The notes under the pieces are model-generated. The model worked only from the letters and a program-made list of their open reading frames with translations. It did no database searches and was not told the origin of the DNA. The translations under genes were made by a program, and so were the position numbers. Source: Opitutales bacterium (GTDB lineage: Bacteria > Verrucomicrobiota > Verrucomicrobiia > Opitutales > PNEW01). From it: a stretch of 32,000 nucleotides of DNA. Where the stretch lies: assembly GCA_965219535.1 (NCBI GenBank), contig CBDCNV010000002.1, forward strand, positions 1,710,001 to 1,742,000, given 5' to 3'. Below are positions 8,463 through 18,058 of this stretch, piece by piece (the stretch's first letter is position 1; each line of letters starts with the position of its first letter).

Positions 8463-9494
8463 TCAATCGATCTTGGGATCGAGCACAGCTTTTACAATGC
8501 GCCCGCTATGCATCGTCTCAAATGCTTCATTCCATTCCTGGAGAGACCAGATCCCGCCGACGATAGGCTCTATTTCCAATTGTCCGGAAGCTAAGAGGGC
8601 GATCACCCTCTCCCAAACCGGCCAGTTGTGACTGAAGCTGCCCTGCAGCGTGACATTTTTTGCCACGAGGGGATCGAGAGAAAAGCCGAGCGGTTGTTTT
8701 CCCCAACCGACCTTGGTAATCCAACCTGCTGGACGGACGAGATCGAGTGCCGTCTTCAAGGTAATAGAAACACCTGCGGTATCGATTACCCCATCAGCGC
8801 CCAAACCATCTCGCTGTCTCGCCCAGTCATCGGCGCTGCCGACAATAGTTTTACAGCCGTACTTTTTAGCCACTTGAAACCGGTGCTTGTCAGATTCCAG
8901 TCCGACGATGGCGACTTCAGCGCCACAGAGGCGAGCGACAGCTGCACAGAGAACTCCAATCGTCCCCGGACCCAATACCACGACGCGGTCTCCAGGTTTG
9001 ATGCGCGAGTTTTCTACAACAGCATTAAAGGCAACCGAACATGGTTCGGTTAACGCCGCATGCTGCATCGATAAATTATCCGGTACTCTATGGAGTAAAC
9101 GGGCGGGAACGCGGACGAATTTCGTCATCGCCCCATTGACACCGTAGCCGAATCCCTGGCGATTGGGATCGAGGTTATAAAGACCTCGTCGAGTCATCGG
9201 ACTGTCATTATCGATAACCGCCGCGGTCTCACTGACCACGCGGTCGCCCACAGCCCATTTGTCGACGCGCGAACCACATTCACTAATTATTCCACCGAAT
9301 TCGTGTCCGAGTATGACGGGATAATTCACCGCCCAGCTGTGTTGTGCCGCCCATTGGTGCAGGTCACTGCCGCATACTCCGACGGCATGAACTTCCAGTA
9401 GAACATCCTCATCACCAGTGGTTGGCAGGGGGACTTCACGCAATTCAACCGCGTTAGGCTTATTTTCGAAATTTACTACGGCGGGTGAATTCAT
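8463..9494 (-). CDS. zinc-dependent medium-chain dehydrogenase (sorbitol/threonine dehydrogenase-like)
   Basis: 343 aa with GVCGSDLH, GHEFGG and a Rossmann motif VLGPGTIGV. The four-Cys structural-zinc lobe appears to be absent. Confidence 0.9.
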   Translation of the reverse strand: MNSPAVVNFENKPNAVELREVPLPTTGDEDVLLEVHAVGVCGSDLHQWAAQHSWAVNYPVILGHEFGGIISECGSRVDKWAVGDRVVSETAAVIDNDSPMTRRGLYNLDPNRQGFGYGVNGAMTKFVRVPARLLHRVPDNLSMQHAALTEPCSVAFNAVVENSRIKPGDRVVVLGPGTIGVLCAAVARLCGAEVAIVGLESDKHRFQVAKKYGCKTIVGSADDWARQRDGLGADGVIDTAGVSITLKTALDLVRPAGWITKVGWGKQPLGFSLDPLVAKNVTLQGSFSHNWPVWERVIALLASGQLEIEPIVGGIWSLQEWNEAFETMHSGRIVKAVLDPKID

Positions 9495-9511
9495 CGCTCA
9501 ATTTAAGATGA

Positions 9512-10201
9512 TTAACTATTATAACTATGGACTTTTTCACAAATCAATCTCAGAGATCCTTCAACATCACCTGATGCTGTTTTAAAGGAATCGGCATCAA
9601 CCGTCAAGGGAGCCCCGAGGACTACGAGGGGGGCGCCATACTCCGGTGTACGCATCGCCTGTTCGATGGTCAACCCGCCAACGGCTTGAACGGGGACACT
9701 GACTGCTTGCACGACTTCCCTCAATAGATCAAGTGGACTAGGCGCATTTTCTCCCCGCTCGTGCATTCCCCCACGCTCATCATAGCCGATGTGGTGAACG
9801 ATATAGTTGCATCCGAGGTCTTCGAGGTGCTTTGCCGCTCCTACCATGTCGTCACAAGCTAAATTATCACCCATCACCTCAATCCCGAAATCCTGACAGG
9901 CTTTAACTACACGTATAACTGTTTCATCATGTGCTTTAGCCATCACCACCACTTGGGTGGCTCCGGCTTTAGCCATCATTTCGGCTTCGAGGTAACCCCC
10001 ATCCATGGTCTTGAGATCGGCCACAATTGGCGTATCCGGAAACCGTTCGCGCAGCGCTTTAACCCCATGTAAACCCTCTGCGAGGATGAGCGGAGTCCCT
10101 GCCTCGAGCCAATCGACACCCGCCCGCATCGCCATCTCTGAAGTTTTCAGAGCTTCTTCAATATTAGTGAGATCGAGAGAAATTTGAACAATAGTTTTCA
10201 T
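9512..10201 (-). CDS. 3-hexulose-6-phosphate synthase / 3-keto-L-gulonate-6-phosphate decarboxylase family (OMP decarboxylase suprafamily)
   Basis: 229 aa. The pattern QISLDL...WLEAGTPLI...IVADLKTMDGG...VVVMA matches the signature of the HPS/UlaD/SgbH family. Confidence 0.8.
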   Translation of the reverse strand: MKTIVQISLDLTNIEEALKTSEMAMRAGVDWLEAGTPLILAEGLHGVKALRERFPDTPIVADLKTMDGGYLEAEMMAKAGATQVVVMAKAHDETVIRVVKACQDFGIEVMGDNLACDDMVGAAKHLEDLGCNYIVHHIGYDERGGMHERGENAPSPLDLLREVVQAVSVPVQAVGGLTIEQAMRTPEYGAPLVVLGAPLTVDADSFKTASGDVEGSLRLICEKVHSYNS

Positions 10202-10466
10202 AAGAATTTATCACACTTCGAGGGCAATTATACTTAAATTAAGAGGGACCAGAGATGATTTCACACGCTGACGGTAAATAATAAAACAATACAGCTCCCA
10301 CTAATCCAGCCATTTCACTATATTTTAGTTACAAAAATGAAGAGTGTAAATTAACAGAGCCCGGGATTTATGAAAATACCTGAGTGAATTCTCAGCTATT
10401 TCCACCCATAATGTGATGTCAATGACGTCGTGAAACATAACGGGATATAAAAAAATCGGATAAGAC

Positions 10467-10489
10467 TTGCTAATTAGTTTAATTAGCAA
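10467..10489. promoter_or_regulatory. perfect 10-3-10 inverted repeat TTGCTAATTA-gtt-TAATTAGCAA, candidate operator
   Basis: I read it directly and the arms are exact reverse complements. It lies in the 416-bp divergent intergenic region, 129 bp upstream of the TolC-like start and 266 bp from the start of the HPS-like gene. Confidence 0.5.
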
Positions 10490-10617
10490 TAAATCATCGT
10501 AACTTTACGTTACCCCATGACTGCTTTACCTCATTCAAAGATGATGCATATTTAATAACCCCCCTTTTGTGATGGGCAGATATTTAAATATTTTCACGCA
10601 CACGGATACTATTCCCA

Positions 10618-12219
10618 TTGAAAAAGAGTATGACTCTATTGCCAGCAAATTGTATTTATTTAGTAAGGCGATTCTTTATCGCTATTGTCCTGCTGTGCCT
10701 GATTTTAAACGCGTCAGGCGCGGAAGAGGGACCTGATACTTCTCGCGAACTGTCACTGCGGGAAGCGGTAAACCGCGCCCTGGAACAGAATCTTGGATTA
10801 ATTATAGAACGCTATCAACCGGGTTTGTTCGAGGATGATATCACGGTGGCCCAATCGCAGTTTGATCCGGAGATTCGTATACGGAGCAACTTGGATGAAA
10901 CGTTGAGTGCATTAGCCCAGAGCACTCTCGATGGCGCGGCCCAACCAGAGGACGACAATAGAAGTTTTTCCGTAGCGGTGGATAAGAAAATATCTACGGG
11001 TGGAACAGTCGAATTGAGTACCTGGATGAACCGGTATGAGACAAATTCTACATTTGCTATCCTCAACCCCGATTTCCTCTCGGAAATAGCAATAAGTTTT
11101 GAACAACCCTTGCTCAGTGGGGCATGGCGAAAAGTTAATCTCGCGCCTATCGCGAGGGCGAAAGCTGCACACACGCAATCTATACTGGAACTGCGCAGAC
11201 GGGCATTTAATGTCTTGGCCAATATTGAAATTAATTACTGGCGAATAGCTTATGCCACAGCTCGAAAAATATTACAGGAGTCGAGCATCGAAGTCGCCGA
11301 GAAATTACTGGAAGAAACAAAAGAAAAGGAACGTGTGGGCTTGGCTACGCAAGTAGATGTGCTTCAGGCGAGCGCTAATCTTGCCTCACGACGTGAAGCC
11401 GTCATTCTTGCCTCTCAAGCTATCGATGATGCTTCTGATCGTCTATATTCAAGCATGGGTGAACTAAAGGCGAACAATCCTCCCCTCGCGGTGGATTCGC
11501 TGCCTGAATCGGAGATTACAATTCCAGACTTTAACCTTACTTATAAAAAAGCACGTGAACTCGATCTGGATATGCGGATCCAGCAGGAAATCATCACCAG
11601 AAGTGAAATAGATGTCACGGTAGCGCGTAATAGACGGCTTCCGGATCTGGACCTTACACTCGCCGGTGGATATCGGGGCCGTGATTCGGATGGTTCGGGT
11701 TCTTACAGTAATGCATTCGACGGTGATGGTTATGCCTGGAGTGCGGGTCTCGAATTCAGCGTGCCTTGGGGCAATCGTGAAGAGCGAGCCCGCCATCGCC
11801 AAACGAAGCGAGTTCTGGAACAGGAAGAAGTGCGTCTCGATGATATAGAACAGGATATGTTGGGCAATCTGCGCTCTGCCTGGCGGGCGGTTGCCGCGGG
11901 TAAGGAGCGGCTGTTAGCGAATCAAATATCAGTCGAAGTTAATGAAGAGCGTTTCGATAAAGAACGCGCTAAATTTGAAGCGGGGGTATCGACCTTCCGC
12001 GTGGTGCTCGAAGCCCAGGAAGATTTGGACGAAGCGCGACTGCGCCACCTTGACGCCCGCTTCGACTCTATCCGTGCAGTGGTCCAGCTCACCCGACTCG
12101 ATGGGTCCATTCTTGAACGCAACGGCTTTGTCTGGCAGGATCTGGATCGTCTCAACGAATCCCCTACGCATGTAGACTTAAAAAAAACACCTGTATCTTC
12201 TCAAGAAGTTGCCAATTAA
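10618..12219 (+). CDS. TolC-family outer membrane efflux protein
   Basis: 533 aa. It has a signal-like N-terminus (IAIVLLCLILNASGAEE), the typical LSLREAVNRALEQNLGL motif, and two OEP-type repeats rich in coiled-coil segments. The track start is a TTG at 10618, and the ATG at 10630 is an equally plausible start. Confidence 0.85.
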   Translation: MKKSMTLLPANCIYLVRRFFIAIVLLCLILNASGAEEGPDTSRELSLREAVNRALEQNLGLIIERYQPGLFEDDITVAQSQFDPEIRIRSNLDETLSALAQSTLDGAAQPEDDNRSFSVAVDKKISTGGTVELSTWMNRYETNSTFAILNPDFLSEIAISFEQPLLSGAWRKVNLAPIARAKAAHTQSILELRRRAFNVLANIEINYWRIAYATARKILQESSIEVAEKLLEETKEKERVGLATQVDVLQASANLASRREAVILASQAIDDASDRLYSSMGELKANNPPLAVDSLPESEITIPDFNLTYKKARELDLDMRIQQEIITRSEIDVTVARNRRLPDLDLTLAGGYRGRDSDGSGSYSNAFDGDGYAWSAGLEFSVPWGNREERARHRQTKRVLEQEEVRLDDIEQDMLGNLRSAWRAVAAGKERLLANQISVEVNEERFDKERAKFEAGVSTFRVVLEAQEDLDEARLRHLDARFDSIRAVVQLTRLDGSILERNGFVWQDLDRLNESPTHVDLKKTPVSSQEVAN

Positions 12220-12255
12220 CATACGCAAAGATAAATAAGCTGAAAGAAACGATCG

Positions 12256-12945
12256 ATGTTAATTGAACTCATAAACGTTCGCAAGATTTACAAGATGGGT
12301 CACCAGGAATTGCATGCCTTGAAAGGGATTAACATGAATATTGGTGAAGGCGAGCTCGTCTCAATTGTCGGGCCATCGGGTTCGGGGAAATCAACACTAT
12401 TGAATATACTGGGGATATTGGACGGATTTGACGAAGGCCACTATGAATTGGCGGGAACGAGAATGGATGATCTCACGGAAAATAAAGCCGCTTACTACCG
12501 GAATAAATTCATCGGATTTATATTTCAGTCGTTCAATCTCATCACCTTTAAGAACGCGATGGAGAATGTGGCATTGCCGCTCTATTATCAAAATGTAAGC
12601 AGAAAAAAGCGAAACCTGATGGCTTTGGAATACCTGGATAAAGTAGGTTTGCGGGACTGGGCAGAGCACCTGCCGAGTGAATTATCCGGAGGTCAAAATC
12701 AGCGCGTGGCGATCGCTCGGGCATTGATCTCCAAACCTAAGCTTATACTCGCTGATGAACCTACTGGCGCCCTGGATTCTGAAACCTCAGCCGAGGTTAT
12801 GGATCTTTTTAAAGAAGTAAATAAATTGGGAATTACAGTTATAATTGTGACCCATGAACATGATATTTCTGAAAAAACAGAACGGATTATCCATCTTATT
12901 GACGGACATATTGAAAATGATGGGAACATAAACGAGCTGAGATGA
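12256..12945 (+). CDS. ABC transporter ATP-binding protein (LolD/MacB-NBD type)
   Basis: 229 aa with Walker A GPSGSGKST, Q-loop, signature LSGGQNQRVAIARAL, Walker B LILADEPTGALD and H-loop VTHE. Confidence 0.95.
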   Translation: MLIELINVRKIYKMGHQELHALKGINMNIGEGELVSIVGPSGSGKSTLLNILGILDGFDEGHYELAGTRMDDLTENKAAYYRNKFIGFIFQSFNLITFKNAMENVALPLYYQNVSRKKRNLMALEYLDKVGLRDWAEHLPSELSGGQNQRVAIARALISKPKLILADEPTGALDSETSAEVMDLFKEVNKLGITVIIVTHEHDISEKTERIIHLIDGHIENDGNINELR

Positions 12946-12968
12946 TTAATTGAATAAGGTAATCATTA

Positions 12969-14213
12969 ATGTTTGATTTTGATAAATGGAGTGAAATTTA
13001 CTCCACGATAAGCAAAAGTAAGCTAAGGACATGCCTTACAGCTTTTAGTATAGCGTGGGGAATCTTTATGCTCGTCGTCCTCCTGGGTGTGGGGTCCGGG
13101 TTATTGAAAGGTGTAGAATACCATTTTCGCGATGACGCCACAAATACGATTTGGGTTAATCCCGGCCAAACGAGCATGCCATATCGAGGGATGAAACCTG
13201 GAAAAAAAATAACATTAACGAACATCGATCACGATCAAATTTTAGATACTGTGGCTGGGGTAGAACATATTGCTTCAAGGTACTTTCTTCGAGGAGAATA
13301 TTTAATCAGGTATAAGAAAGATTTCGGTCTGTTTAGGGTGCGGGCAACTCATCCGGGCCATCAATACATTGAGAAAACAGTTATTACTCAAGGAAGGTAT
13401 TTAAACGATTTGGATATAAGTGAACGCCGTAAGGTTACGGTCATTGGATTAAATGTGGTGGAAAAGTTATTTAAAAATAAAGAACCCATTGGTGAATGGA
13501 TCGATATAAACGGAATAAAATACAAGGTCGTTGGCATAATCAAAGACCTCGGATATGAGTGGGAAATGAATTGGATATATATCCCGATCACAACCGCTCA
13601 GATGGCCTACAATGGAGCTAACCGAGTGCATCAGATTATTCTTACCACAGGAGATGCGAATCTGATTGAGAGTGATTTCATGGCCGCAAATATTAAAGAC
13701 CAATTAGTAGAGCGACATATATTTTCACCGGATGATTCGCGTGCGATAACAGTGACGAATTTTAATGAAGTTTTTCAAAGATACTTAAACATGATTATTG
13801 GAATCAAAGCATTCATATGGTTAGTTGGTCTTGGCACTATTGCTGCAGGAATAGTCGGGGTAAGTAACGTCATGCTGATTGTGGTTAAAGAAAGGACGCG
13901 TGAAATTGGTATCCGGAAAGCAGTTGGTGCCACACCTAAATCAATAATAGGATTAATTTTACAAGAATCCATCACCGTGACAATGATCGCTGGTTATATC
14001 GGCCTGGTTGCCGGGGTCGCCTTTATCGAATTTTTCAGTTGGGCATTGGAAACTTTTGACCTGCAGGGAGATTTTTTCAGGAATCCTGAATTCGATTTTA
14101 AATCCTCAATATTGGCTACTTTTATTCTCGTATGTGCCGGGACTTTAGCTGGATTTTTTCCCGCAAAGTTTGCTGCCCAAGTGAAACCCGTTGAAGCACT
14201 GAGAGAAGAATAA
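12969..14213 (+). CDS. FtsX/MacB-type ABC permease, class A copy 1
   Basis: 414 aa. It starts MFDFDKWSEI and has TM1, a periplasmic domain of about 220 aa, a coupling helix ERTREIGIRKAVGAT, three C-terminal TM helices, and the ending KPVEALREE. Confidence 0.9.
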   Translation: MFDFDKWSEIYSTISKSKLRTCLTAFSIAWGIFMLVVLLGVGSGLLKGVEYHFRDDATNTIWVNPGQTSMPYRGMKPGKKITLTNIDHDQILDTVAGVEHIASRYFLRGEYLIRYKKDFGLFRVRATHPGHQYIEKTVITQGRYLNDLDISERRKVTVIGLNVVEKLFKNKEPIGEWIDINGIKYKVVGIIKDLGYEWEMNWIYIPITTAQMAYNGANRVHQIILTTGDANLIESDFMAANIKDQLVERHIFSPDDSRAITVTNFNEVFQRYLNMIIGIKAFIWLVGLGTIAAGIVGVSNVMLIVVKERTREIGIRKAVGATPKSIIGLILQESITVTMIAGYIGLVAGVAFIEFFSWALETFDLQGDFFRNPEFDFKSSILATFILVCAGTLAGFFPAKFAAQVKPVEALREE

Positions 14214-14227
14214 GAACAAAGAGAGCA

Positions 14228-15496
14228 ATGTTTGATTACGATAAATGGCAGGAGATTCTCTTAACTATCCGTAAGAATAAATTACGTACCGCACTGACAA
14301 TGTTCGGTGTATTCTGGGGAATACTAATATTGATATTATTACTCGGTTCGGGCGAAGGATTGATTAATGGATTTAAAGGTGAATATTCGTGGATGCGAGG
14401 TAACGCGGGATTTCTTTGGACTGAAATTACTTCTATACCTTATGAAGGTATGCAACGCGGTCGACGCATTCAACTTCGGAATGAAGATACCGAAGCTATT
14501 CGCCAAAGTGTACATGAATTGGAATATGTGTCCCCGAGAATATTTACCGGGGGTATGAATGGTGAAAATATTGTCAGTCGCAAAAGTAATACAGGGGCAT
14601 TTAATATCTATGGAGATTATCCCTCTTTTTCATATGTACGAAATATGAATATAGTAAAAGGTAGATTCATAAATGATTTAGATATCAGGGATAAAAGGAA
14701 AGTAGCAGTGATCGCAGAGCAGGTCGTCAATGTTCTATTTAAAAAAAATGAGAAAATAATTGGTGAATATATCATAATACACGGTATTAATTTTAAAGTG
14801 GTTGGGCTAACTAAGAATACTGCAAGGTATGATAGTCAATATGCTAATCGGGACATGAATTCGATATATTTACCGTTCACCACATTTCAGAAAGCCTTTA
14901 ATTATGGAAATAGGGTGGGTTGGTATGGGCTAACCTTTAAACCTGGAAATGACGCAAACGAGGGTAGCGATAAAATTAAAAAATTGTTAATGAAACGGCA
15001 TAAAATTCATCCTGATGACATTAGCGCTTTTGGTTCGTGGAATACCCAGGAGGATTATAGAAAAGTCATAAGTTTATTTAAGGGAACCCGCTTATTTGTG
15101 TGGATGGTAGGAATTTGCACCTTTATGGCCGGGTTAATCGGGGTAAGCAATATCATGCTGATTATTGTCAATGATCGAACTAAAGAAATAGGGATACGAA
15201 AATCTCTGGGTGCCTCTTCAAAATCAATTATTAGTTCAATCATCCAGGAGTCTGTTTTTATCACTGCAATAGCTGGTTATTGTGGCCTACTACTGGGTGT
15301 CATCTTAATCGAGGGAAGTGGCATTGTGATGCAAAAAATGGCAGTGGAGACCGGATCGTTTTCGAATCCTGAGGTAAATTTTAACGTGATTATTTTAGCT
15401 TTTGTAATAATTATTATAGGTGGTGTCTTGGCAGGTTTATTACCTGCAAAAAGAGCTGTGTCGATCAGCCCGATGGAAGCAATCCGGTATAATTAA
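14228..15496 (+). CDS. FtsX/MacB-type ABC permease, class B copy 1
   Basis: 422 aa. It starts MFDYDKWQEIL, has the coupling helix DRTKEIGIRKSLGAS, and ends SPMEAIRYN. Confidence 0.9.
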   Translation: MFDYDKWQEILLTIRKNKLRTALTMFGVFWGILILILLLGSGEGLINGFKGEYSWMRGNAGFLWTEITSIPYEGMQRGRRIQLRNEDTEAIRQSVHELEYVSPRIFTGGMNGENIVSRKSNTGAFNIYGDYPSFSYVRNMNIVKGRFINDLDIRDKRKVAVIAEQVVNVLFKKNEKIIGEYIIIHGINFKVVGLTKNTARYDSQYANRDMNSIYLPFTTFQKAFNYGNRVGWYGLTFKPGNDANEGSDKIKKLLMKRHKIHPDDISAFGSWNTQEDYRKVISLFKGTRLFVWMVGICTFMAGLIGVSNIMLIIVNDRTKEIGIRKSLGASSKSIISSIIQESVFITAIAGYCGLLLGVILIEGSGIVMQKMAVETGSFSNPEVNFNVIILAFVIIIIGGVLAGLLPAKRAVSISPMEAIRYN

Positions 15497-15510
15497 TATA
15501 TTTGATAACT

Positions 15511-16755
15511 ATGTTTAATTTAGACAAATGGAGTGAAATTATCTCCACAATTAGTAAAAATAAATTAAGAACTTTTCTTACGGCGTTCAGTATTGCCTGG
15601 GGGATATTTTTACTCGTTGTCCTCTTGGGTGCAGGATCGGGATTTCTTAATGGCATACTATACCAATTCCGTGATGACGCGATGAATAGTTTTAAAATCT
15701 CTCCCGGGACTACGAGCATGCCTTATAAAGGGATGAAACCCGGTAAGAGAATACAATTAACAAACGAAGATTATGAAATGATCGCAGACAATGTTCAGGG
15801 GGTAGAGCACATCACCGCGCGCTATTTCCTATCCGGTGAATATCCTATCAGGTATAAATTAAATAATGCCAGGTTTACGGTGAGAGCAACACACCCCGGT
15901 CATTTATATTATGAAAAGACGGAAATTACTCAAGGCCGGTTTCTTAATGAAAAAGATTTAATGGAACGAAGAAAAATAGCAGTAATTGGCGCGAACGTTG
16001 TAAAGATATTATTTATAAATGATGATCCGATGGGTAAATGGATCGAGATAAATAAAATACCCTATAAAGTAGTCGGGGTATTCGATGATGCGGGAAGAGG
16101 ATTTGAAATTAGTATAATATATATTCCAATTTCGACGGCGCAATCGGTCTATAACGGGGCTAATAAGGTTCACGAAATATTATTTACAACCGGCAATGTC
16201 AGTTTGAAAGACACACGATTAATGGAGAAGGTGACGACAAGAATCCTTGTCGAACACCATAGGTTTTCTCCTGAAGACGAGCGGGCGGTTGATGTTGAAA
16301 ATAATAACGAAACGATGCAAAAAGTTTTAAACATGATTTCAGGGATAAAATTTTTCATTTGGATCATAGGGGTAGGAACGATTACCGCTGGCATTGTAGG
16401 GGTGAGTAACATTATGATGATTTCTATTAATGAGCGAACACGCGAGATTGGAATCAGGAAAGCGATTGGTGCTACGCCAAATTCGATCATCAGTCTGGTT
16501 TTACAGGAATCATTCGTTATTACACTCCTCGCCGGTTATGTTGGGCTGGTCTTAGGAGTCGCTACGATTGAATTTGCCAGCTGGGCGTTTGAGCATTTCG
16601 AATTGCAATCTGAATATTTCAGAAATCCCGAAATTGATTTTAAAACAGTTATAACGGCTACTATTTTTCTTGTTTTCGCGGGGGTTCTCGCCGGTTTTTT
16701 CCCCGCCCGATTAGCCGCTAAAATAAAACCCGTTGAAGCGCTAAGAGAAGAATAA
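15511..16755 (+). CDS. FtsX/MacB-type ABC permease, class A copy 2
   Basis: The ORF track starts at a TTG at 15502. The ATG at 15511 gives MFNLDKWSEI, which is collinear with the other class A copies. It has ERTREIGIRKAIGAT and ends KPVEALREE. Confidence 0.9.
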   Translation: MFNLDKWSEIISTISKNKLRTFLTAFSIAWGIFLLVVLLGAGSGFLNGILYQFRDDAMNSFKISPGTTSMPYKGMKPGKRIQLTNEDYEMIADNVQGVEHITARYFLSGEYPIRYKLNNARFTVRATHPGHLYYEKTEITQGRFLNEKDLMERRKIAVIGANVVKILFINDDPMGKWIEINKIPYKVVGVFDDAGRGFEISIIYIPISTAQSVYNGANKVHEILFTTGNVSLKDTRLMEKVTTRILVEHHRFSPEDERAVDVENNNETMQKVLNMISGIKFFIWIIGVGTITAGIVGVSNIMMISINERTREIGIRKAIGATPNSIISLVLQESFVITLLAGYVGLVLGVATIEFASWAFEHFELQSEYFRNPEIDFKTVITATIFLVFAGVLAGFFPARLAAKIKPVEALREE

Positions 16756-16768
16756 GAATAAAAGCAAT

Positions 16769-18034
16769 ATGTTTGATTATGATAAATGGCAGGAAATCCT
16801 GATTACGATCAGGAGAAATAAACTGCGGACTATTCTGACAATGTTCGGGGTATTCTGGGGTATTCTCATGCTAATGTTATTAGTGGGGTCAGGACAGGGT
16901 CTTGCCAATGGAATGAATAGGGAATTCGCCCATTGGGGTTTTAATAGCGTATATCTTTGGTCCAACACGACAACCAAAGCTTACGAGGGAATGACCCCCG
17001 GTCGTGAAATACAATTTACGGATGAAGATACAAAAGCGATAAAACATAAATTCGAGGAAGTAGAATATTTAGCGCCCAAAATTCAGTTGGGTGGCTTCCG
17101 GGGAAATCAAATAGTTAAGCATAAGAATAAAGTTGGAGACTTTCATGTAATGGGCGAAGTCCCGGATCTAAGAAATTTCGTTTCTATCAAAATTGTCGCC
17201 GGAAGATTTATTAACGACCTGGATCTTCTTGAGAGAAGAAAAGTAGCCGTGGTAGGCGAGAATGTTATCAAGATTCTTTTTAAAAAGGGGGAGGAATATA
17301 TTGGTAAATCATTAACTGTTAACGGGATACATTTTACAATTGTCGGCAGGTTGAAAACCGATGCCCCCTATGAATTTTGGACGGAGCGAGACAGGAATTC
17401 GATAATGATACCCTTCACGACATTTCAACAGACCTTTAATCAAAGAAATCGGGTAGGGTGGTATGCAATGGGGGTTAATCCATCAGCCCATGGAGACGAA
17501 TTAGGTGACGATATAAAATCGATGTTAATGAAACGGCATAAAGTTCATCCTGAAGATTTAGCAGCATTTGGATATTGGAACAGCCACAAGGAGTTTTTAA
17601 AGGTTCAAGGTTTATCTAAGGGGATGCGTGTCTTTATCTGGTTTGTCAGTCTATGCACCCTCTTAGCGGGAGTGATCGGGGTGAGTAACATTATGATAAT
17701 TGTCGTCAACGAGCGGACTAAAGAGATAGGTATCCGAAAATCGATGGGGGCATCGCCAATCAGTATTGTCAGTTTGATTATGCAGGAGTCGGTATTTTTA
17801 ACCACTGTAGCCGGTTACATCGGGTTACTCCTGGGCATCGCGATGATTGAAATATTGCGAAAAGTATTAGGGGGGATTGGTGATAATATGAGCTTGATAT
17901 CCCGTCCCGAGATCAACTTACAGGCCGCTGGATTAGCCTTGTTGGTTATAATCATTGGTGGTGTCATTGCCGGCATCCTTCCTGCGCGCAAAGCAGCTTT
18001 AATCAGCCCGATGGAGGCAATCCGGTATAAATAA
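16769..18034 (+). CDS. FtsX/MacB-type ABC permease, class B copy 2
   Basis: 421 aa. It starts MFDYDKWQEIL, has ERTKEIGIRKSMGAS, and ends SPMEAIRYK. Confidence 0.9.
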   Translation: MFDYDKWQEILITIRRNKLRTILTMFGVFWGILMLMLLVGSGQGLANGMNREFAHWGFNSVYLWSNTTTKAYEGMTPGREIQFTDEDTKAIKHKFEEVEYLAPKIQLGGFRGNQIVKHKNKVGDFHVMGEVPDLRNFVSIKIVAGRFINDLDLLERRKVAVVGENVIKILFKKGEEYIGKSLTVNGIHFTIVGRLKTDAPYEFWTERDRNSIMIPFTTFQQTFNQRNRVGWYAMGVNPSAHGDELGDDIKSMLMKRHKVHPEDLAAFGYWNSHKEFLKVQGLSKGMRVFIWFVSLCTLLAGVIGVSNIMIIVVNERTKEIGIRKSMGASPISIVSLIMQESVFLTTVAGYIGLLLGIAMIEILRKVLGGIGDNMSLISRPEINLQAAGLALLVIIIGGVIAGILPARKAALISPMEAIRYK

Positions 18035-18058
18035 CTTTTAGCATATATTATTAGGGCG

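Noticed and set aside
8628-9053. Long antisense ORFs inside well-supported genes. Examples are 8628..9053 +, 10815..11222 -, 17815..18198 -, 19533..19910 -, 24400..24795 + and 2463..2699 -.
   Set aside because: They lie entirely opposite ORFs that have clear family motifs. Their translations are low-complexity or motif-free. They are the shadow ORFs expected opposite long coding regions.
9512-10201. Interpreting the HPS-family gene as evidence for RuMP formaldehyde assimilation.
   Set aside because: No SIS-domain 6-phospho-3-hexuloisomerase is present. The neighbours (UlaE-like TIM barrels and dehydrogenases) fit a ula/sgb-like sugar acid context better.
15502-15510. The TTG at 15502 as the start of class A permease copy 2 (track translation MITMFNLDKW).
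   Set aside because: The ATG at 15511 gives MFNLDKWSEI, collinear with MFDFDKWSEI and MFNIDKWSEI of the other class A copies. It also keeps the 14-nt spacing seen at the other junctions.
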